DNA of 53,394 nt, the filler included, from Sphacelaria rigidula (taxonomy: Eukaryota), in assembly GCA_964200075.2 (NCBI GenBank). It is 3 parts of 3 records of this genome, joined end to end, with 100 filler letters (N's around TTAATTAATTAA, not from the genome) between each part and the next. Parts side by side here need not be neighbours in the genome. Positions count along the whole stretch, not along the records: positions 35,672 to 53,394 come from CAXNAA020001008.1; 2 more parts are not named here. The stretch is one strand, 5' to 3'. The notes below the pieces were generated by a model that saw only the letters and a program-made list of their open reading frames with translations, made no database searches and had not been told where the DNA came from. Of this stretch, positions 47,101 through 53,394 are shown piece after piece. A program made the translations under genes and the position numbers. Position 1 is the stretch's first letter; every line of letters begins with the position of its first letter.

Positions 47101-50100
47101 GTACGATGACTTTTTATTTTTTATATTTGCACATTCTTGGTTGACTATTGTTGAAAAGTAGATTTATCCAGCGGGGCCAGCTACCATAACCTGTCGATAA
47201 CAACCAAGAAGCCTCTTCGCGGGTGCCCGTTAGCTACGTTACAGAAAGATCGTGGGGAGTCATCAGCAAGCAACATCTTCTCGCTGACGCTCACTACGCA
47301 GTATCTGCGGGTCTCAAAACCGTGCAACCCTGTACTGTAGTTGCACGGTAGAGTGTTGGCAGTGGTAGTAGTATTAATGGTAGTGTGAGGAACCTTACCG
47401 ACATCGGAATGGTGGGATGATGCCTCACACAATCGTCCTTGTTTTTTCACCGTTTTTGGTTGACACGATTGTTATTTTAAGCAGACGTTGGGAGCTTGTC
47501 ATGGCGGGTCTGAGAAAATGTATAAGTTTAATACCACTCGTCGATTGTTACAAAATAGTTGTAAACGCTGGTCCAGGGTGAACGCCCAAAATTCGTTCCC
47601 TCGCGATTCCTCACGCGGGTTTTCGGACATGTGTAGTATCGGAAATTGCGAAATTTTTTACACGTCGGACGGATCATGATCGGTGTGAAAATGACATATT
47701 CTCAATATACTGACCCGGATCATGATTCGCATCACCTGACCCCCCTTTTCCATGTTTGCTTCTTGCAGCGCCGGACGCCGAGCACCCCGAGTTGCACCAA
47801 GGTTACGCTTTTGCTTTTCTGACTCAGCGGTCACTCATTTTTTGTTTCGGATTTGAGAGTGTTCTTTGATGGGTCGTTGAAGACAGATCATGATTTGTCC
47901 GACGCGTGGAAATTTTCCATGAACGAGTTGTATCCTTGTTTTCTTTCGCCAGATACCCGCGGTCCCGGGGATTCCGGGAGCCACGTGGTGTCGTGGGACC
48001 CCAGATATCTGTCGAAAGAAAGAAAACCAGAAAAAGTTGATTGAAAGTTTTGCAACATCCCATGGTATGAATATGTGTGCATTTTTTCTCAGTCACAGGT
48101 TGGTGGGATTTCACACCGATGATCAGCAAACAGGGAGAAGGAAGGTGAAAAAAAAAAACTCCGTGATGAACCGCCCTCATGTGGGGTCAAGTCTGATATA
48201 TTCAGCTGAACCCCCTCACACCTTGGTTTTCGGATCAAACTGACCTTTTTTATTGCGCGTTCAAGCTTGCATCGACCGTTTGAGGTCAATTTTTCGAGAT
48301 ACGCAGCAAAAATTCGTGCAAACGTTCGTTGAACTATCTCGAGACGAGTGAAGAAATGCATTTTTGACTCTGAGGCATGCTGTACGGGGCGTCTGGGGGG
48401 CTGCACTATCTCCGGAAGCCGGAAAAGCGCGAATATACTTTGAAATGTCCTTCAACTATTTCTTTTTCCATTCGGAGCACCCTTATTTACTAAATGGCCA
48501 AGTTCGGGGATGATCGGAGCTTTTCTACGATAGGCGTAAGGGAATCCGTTACGAGACTTTTGGATTCTGAGATTTATATCACCAGTGGAATCTGACGACG
48601 AATTTAGGGGTGGTATCTACCGTTTCGGCCTCTACCGTGCGAATGGCAATACGTTTGGATGTCTGCAAAGTTTTTCCAGGATACTTGAAACACGGAAATA
48701 GTAAAATGTAGAAATATTGAGGGCTGTGAACTGACTGCTCTGGCCAGTTAAGTTTAAACTGACCGCGCCAGCGGCGAGTACATCGGTTGAATGCTGTGTC
48801 CCCTCCCCAGGCGCCATACGGGTGTCATCTACAGTTTTCGCTAGTTACATGAGCATTTACACACAAACGGCGATACCCCCAAACACGATGGGGGGTATCG
48901 TTAGAACGTACCCACCGCATACTAATCCTTCATGACCCCCTTCTCCCCGCGTTCCCTTACCCGGTGATGAAATCTCCCCCTTGAACAATCTCAGGGGGAA
49001 AGGGGTGTCATTCGACGTTTGAGGCATTTGCGGCCGGACAACAACGAATCTGAACAAATGAGCGGTAACAATAAAGCCGTACAATCTTCCCTAACTAGTG
49101 ATACATATCGTTTTTCTTAACGGGGCTACAGGCATCACACGGGGGAATTTTTCAAGGGAAAACTGAACTGTGATGTGTAATGCGCTCACACGCGTCCTAA
49201 GCTGTACCGCCGCGCAATCCTTGCTGCTCTCTTCGAAAATTAGGAAGAAGTCATGAAAATATAGTTTTCTTGCGAATTTACTCGTTTGGGGTGCTCACTT
49301 TTCATGTCTACGAGCGCACGAGCTGGGCCAGTTTCAAAGCGGCTAAAAGTTGCCCACACCACAGCTTTCCCAGTTTCCCGAATGGACCCGATATAAGCGT
49401 ATCACTGTGAACGGCAGACCCACCTGATGACAAAGAACGGCGTCGCTGTTCGCTTGGCGTCGTATTGCCCATGACGTTATTGTATTGCATAGAGTACGGG
49501 GTGCGTCTGATATCGTTGGGCGATAGCTTGTCGGAGTGCGTCTTTTTTTTTAATGCGGTGGGTCCACGTTAGCAATCACGCCGCACTGGGCATGTGTTGG
49601 GTGCAGCAGCGTCACCCAAAACGTTGCACGCACGCCCCAATTCGACGACTCTTGAGCTGAAATTTCAAGAAGACCTTCTGCACCCAAGGAAATAGTACAT
49701 CCCGAGAGCAGCTGCAGATTCTATTTTTTTCCTGGACTTCTGACATTATCTTTTTTTCGCTGAAATTTCCAATCCCCATAAATTTCTTTTTTTTGTTCTT
49801 TGCTGCTCTCGGGATGTTCTGCATGTCAATCATAAAACGCTGCTGTCAAAATTTCAGCGTCCAACAACTCCTAATTTTACGCCGTGCGTCGCCTGAGCGA
49901 GGAAACTGCCCGCTGTTGTCTGGCCTGGCTCGTAGCGTACTGTAGTCTGCTGGAATTTTGTTATATCCTCCACCGTGTTTATTACCGCCTTAATCCTTTT
50001 GTCTTCCAAGGAGGGCCGTTCGTTCAGTCGGCATCATTTACCACTTGAAACACGGGGGAAGACCGAGGTGATCCACCCTATCGGCCAGAAAGATGAACTT

Positions 50101-50250
50101 CTGGTGTTTTTTTACTGTTTTCTTCGGCGGGCGGGGATAGAATTCTCCAAGTTGAATGGATTGAGTAACTGTTGCGAAAGGACAAAAATCCGATATGATT
50201 CTTTTGAAGGGTGCCCAACTATAGTCTGGAAAAACAAGATGAAAAATATA

Positions 50251-50294
<44 letters not shown>

Positions 50295-51741
50295 GAAGAG
50301 GTCATACTTGGTGCTCGCTGGACTCAATTCAATCCGTCATCGGCATCCAGTCATCACTTTTCCATCATTTTGTTTTGACTACGGACCCGTGTCGAGGAAG
50401 GGCAGAGGCGTAAAAATACAAGGAGAAAAAAATATTAGACTTACCTACCGAACAGGGAAGAGTAGTTTTGGCGCTTGCTATTGGTCCCGCCCTTCTAGGG
50501 ACATTGCTGTCTTGTGCACGATATGCTATATACAATCTACCCACTGGTGTCGTTTCGTCGTCTACCGACCGAAAGAGCGTGTGCTTCGGTGCCCGCGCTC
50601 TAGGCACACACTCGTGACAGCTCCCCCGTCTTTTCTGCGGCAGCGCGTGCACTATGCTGACTGCCGTGTGAACAGTTCACAATTTCGTCGCTGCATCTCT
50701 CGCTGTCAATAAAATTGAAGTATGGTTCATCACATGCATAAACACTCTTCAAGTAATGACATTGGACAAAATAAAAACAGGTATGGAGAGCTTTATCTAT
50801 CATCCGTCAAACCCGACGGACGGAACTACAGCAGCACCAGCACTCGGTCCTCCCCTTCATCATTGTCCACCCTAGCGGACCTGGAAGAAATGGCGAGAGA
50901 TATCCTGTGGTACAAGGGAAACTTTCACGGGGGCAAGCCACACGGGACAGGACTGGTCAAATACAAGGAACCGTCTCCGGTTCCGGCGCCGCCAACTACC
51001 ACACGGCGGTCTCTCCGCAGCAGCAGTAGCAGCAGCAGCAGCGGTGGTGGTAGCAGCGGCAGCAACAGCAGCAGCAGAAGCAGCTCCATGACTCCTTCCA
51101 CCCGGCGACGTTCGTTTCCCAGCGTCTCATCGCTCCCCGGCGGCGGCGGCAGTGGCGACCGGCCATCATCATTGCACAGCAGACCATTTTTAACGAGGAC
51201 GACACCCTCGGCTGCGCCGCCCTCCGGCCGCGGAAGCAGCAGCAGTAGAGGTGGCACCCGTGATGCCGTCGTGGGCACGGTGGCACCATCGTCTGTACCG
51301 CCGCCGGTGCCACCCCAGGCTGCGGAAGCGGAAGCGGAAGCGGCGGCGACCGCGGCAGCAGCGCTACGGCTGCATCCTCCGCCAGCTCCAATATGGGGCG
51401 AGAGCAAGGAAGAGGAGGGGCAAAGCGACGGCGCGGGGGGGGGCATGCGAAGAGAGTTGGCCATGGAAATGGAAGAGCGTGAGAGTGAAGAGCTGGGCAA
51501 TGCTGGTGTTGCGTTGAGAGCGAACGGTGAAGATGTGGATGGTGGCGCTATTGGAATTGGTGGGAATGGTTTAGAGGAAGATGACGATGATGACGAGGCG
51601 AGTGATGACGGCGAGGAAGGTGATAGTGACAGCGAGGAAGAGGAGGATGAGGATGAGGCGGAGGAAGAAGAAGACGAGGACGAGGAGCGACCGCGACGTA
51701 GTGCGGTAGGGCGCTTAGATGGCGGGGAGGAGAAGGCAACG
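44164..51741 (+). CDS. PH-domain plus MORN-repeat protein (at least 890 aa, 3'-partial)
   Basis: Exons 44164-44424, 45329-46245, 46570-47100, 50781-51741 (phases 0,2,2; final donor GTGAGT at 51742). PH domain: RQRFFVLLDHYLCYF...ARMRGSIDL...MVLCFPTAAELQSWMKTI. MORN repeats: YEGWTRGLQAHGWGRMICASGD, YRGGFVDGERHGPGRLETAEGD, FFGQLQDARPHGYGEL, YKGNFHGGKPHGTGLVKY. A Ser-rich tract and an acidic tract follow. The start codon is uncertain; an upstream acceptor at 44145 is possible. Confidence 0.85.
47640..47920. repeat. Inverted repeat pair (MITE-like remnant) in the large intron
   Basis: aaattttttacacgtcggacggatcatgatc (~47651-47681) versus gatcatgatttgtccgacgcgtggaaatttt (~47886-47916). Confidence 0.55.
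50254..50292. repeat. (AC)n microsatellite
   Basis: Uninterrupted AC dinucleotide run. Confidence 0.95.
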
Positions 51742-52298
51742 GTGAGTTTCCCCGGTTCTGGCTAAGAGAATTTTAGTCTTGTATACCAGACTTCACTGTT
51801 CACTCGTTTCGTTTATCGCCACTTCCACGGCGCAGTTTCTTTACAGAAAAATATCTGTGTTCAATTCAGGTTTCTGTTGTTGTTGTTGTTGTTGTTGTCG
51901 TGTGCTTACCTCTTGTCTTTTTTATTTTGTCACACTCGGCGAGCGCTGTTGAGTGTTGGATTCGCGGCGCAGTGCTGTTTGTTGTGTTTTCGACGAGGGC
52001 GTGAACCTCACACTCTCTAGTAGAAATATTGGACGCGAACACGAAATTGTTCGAGATTTTGCAGGTGCGATCCGCAGATGCGATATACTAACTTGATCCA
52101 AGACCTTGAGCCTGTAAATATGTCTGTGTCGTGCATTAGTTCGAGCGACCAATCGGGTATCATGACATCGGCAGGTCATGTAAAAATATAAGATCTTGCT
52201 TTTGTTTACCCCCCCCCCCCCCTCCCCCCCCTCCTGCCAATGCCTCGTCGGCGGAAGAGATCGTTGCGTCTGTTGCGTTTTTTTAGCGTGGAACGATT

Positions 52299-52571
52299 CC
52301 AAGGGCAGGTCGGGTAGGGTCCTCCTAGTACCCAAAATGTGGGTAGAATATTCAAATCGTACTCAAACTACCCGGAATTTGGTAAAATATTTTCGACCAC
52401 CCAACATACCCAATATTTGGTTGGAGTATCTGAGATCCGTACCCAATCTACCCAAGCCCTGTGTAGAGCATTTGAGGCCGTACCCAATCTACCCAATATT
52501 TGGGTAGAGTAAATACCCCAGTACTTCAGCCGAGTATTCAAAAGTACATTCCCTATCCGACCTGCCCTTGG
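52299..52571. mobile_element. 273-bp MITE with 21-bp TIRs and internal ~40-bp tandem subrepeats
   Basis: CCAAGGGCAGGTCGGGTAGGG versus right end reverse complement CCAAGGGCAGGTCGGATAGGG (1 mismatch); internal gtacccaatctacccaa...gg.agagta units. Related units recur at ~53230-53320. Confidence 0.85.
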
Positions 52572-52899
52572 CTTTTTCGATCAAAAACATGCGGAGGAAA
52601 GGTACGGAAGGGCACTGGACGTCAATCTTGCAGACCACCACGCCATATACCACCCGTTTACAGAACCATGCGAACTCCACACAACTCATTCTCAGCTACC
52701 ACCGCAACCCTGCAGCATAGAGCACGAGTCGGGCACAGGGATAGATACACTGCAGTAGTTGTGTATGATGTCTTCGTTTTTTGTTGGCAAAAACTTGAGC
52801 ATCCTCTCATGGTAGGGATCGGCGACGGAACTGCGTGGTAGGGTGGACTGCCGACTTGCATACACTCATGGATAGTGCAGGCAGTACAAAGCTGTGAGT

Positions 52900-53290
52900 T
52901 CTTCAAGTCCAATTGACGTCGCACTGTAAGCAGATAGTATAGATAGTTCCGCGCAGTCTGCACTGCACGTTGCCTCCTTCTCTTTCACATCGTACTGTAC
53001 GAAACACGCACACACACACTGAGGCACACTAAATGAAACCACGCAGACTGAACAGTACTGTACTACAGTTGTATACACGCAAATAAGTGCCGCTTCACAA
53101 ATTTCAATCTCTTTTCGATCGAAAGCTTGCAAATTCGTTTGTACCGAACTCGCGATAAATTAACCAATTCGCTCAAATCAATTTCACCGCACTTTGTTGA
53201 CGTTCGAAATATGATGTGCGAAGACACGGCCATACCCAATATTTCGTTAGAGCTTTTGAGGTCGTACTCAATCCACCCAAAAATTGGGTC
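52900..53290 (-). repeat. Dispersed repeat fragment shared with 5885-6300
   Basis: Inverted collinear similarity to 5885-6300. Confidence 0.75.
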
Positions 53291-53394
53291 GAGTATTTCA
53301 GATCGTACCCAACATACCGTAATTGTGCGAGTCATCGCACACCCCCCGGACCGAATTTCAAAGCTCGATTACTCCACAACAAGAAATGCACCTG

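Noticed and set aside
49975..50712. 245-aa ORF as a separate gene
   Set aside because: It lies inside the PH-MORN intron, reads through an (AC)n microsatellite and has no recognisable domain.

Overview
Eukaryotic nuclear DNA, most likely a brown alga (Phaeophyceae, Ectocarpus-like; inferred from long repeat-filled introns, GC-rich low-complexity exons and a stramenopile-type AKTIP sequence). The window is almost certainly three unrelated contigs of near-equal, descending length (17736, 17735, 17723 bp), joined by artificial 100-bp N44-TTAATTAATTAA-N44 spacers. Four spliced genes can be rebuilt with consistent GT-AG phases. Contig 1 has the 5' part of an AKTIP/Ft1-like UBC-fold gene (minus strand) head-to-head with a PRRC2/BAT2/MOS1-like gene (plus strand); their start codons are only 164 bp apart. 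Contig 2 has nine internal exons of a large Gln/Gly/Ala-rich protein whose C-terminal part weakly resembles Mediator Med15. Contig 3 has a PH-domain plus MORN-repeat protein that runs off the contig end. The rest is non-autonomous transposon debris: a long-TIR element, an alternating inverted-repeat array, hAT-like MITEs, a ~100-bp TTAA/piggyBac-like mini-element family, tRNA-headed SINE-like elements and degenerate ORF remnants. I found no intact transposase, RT, CRISPR array, rRNA or convincing tRNA. I cannot support a clear novel system; the findings are candidate leads only.
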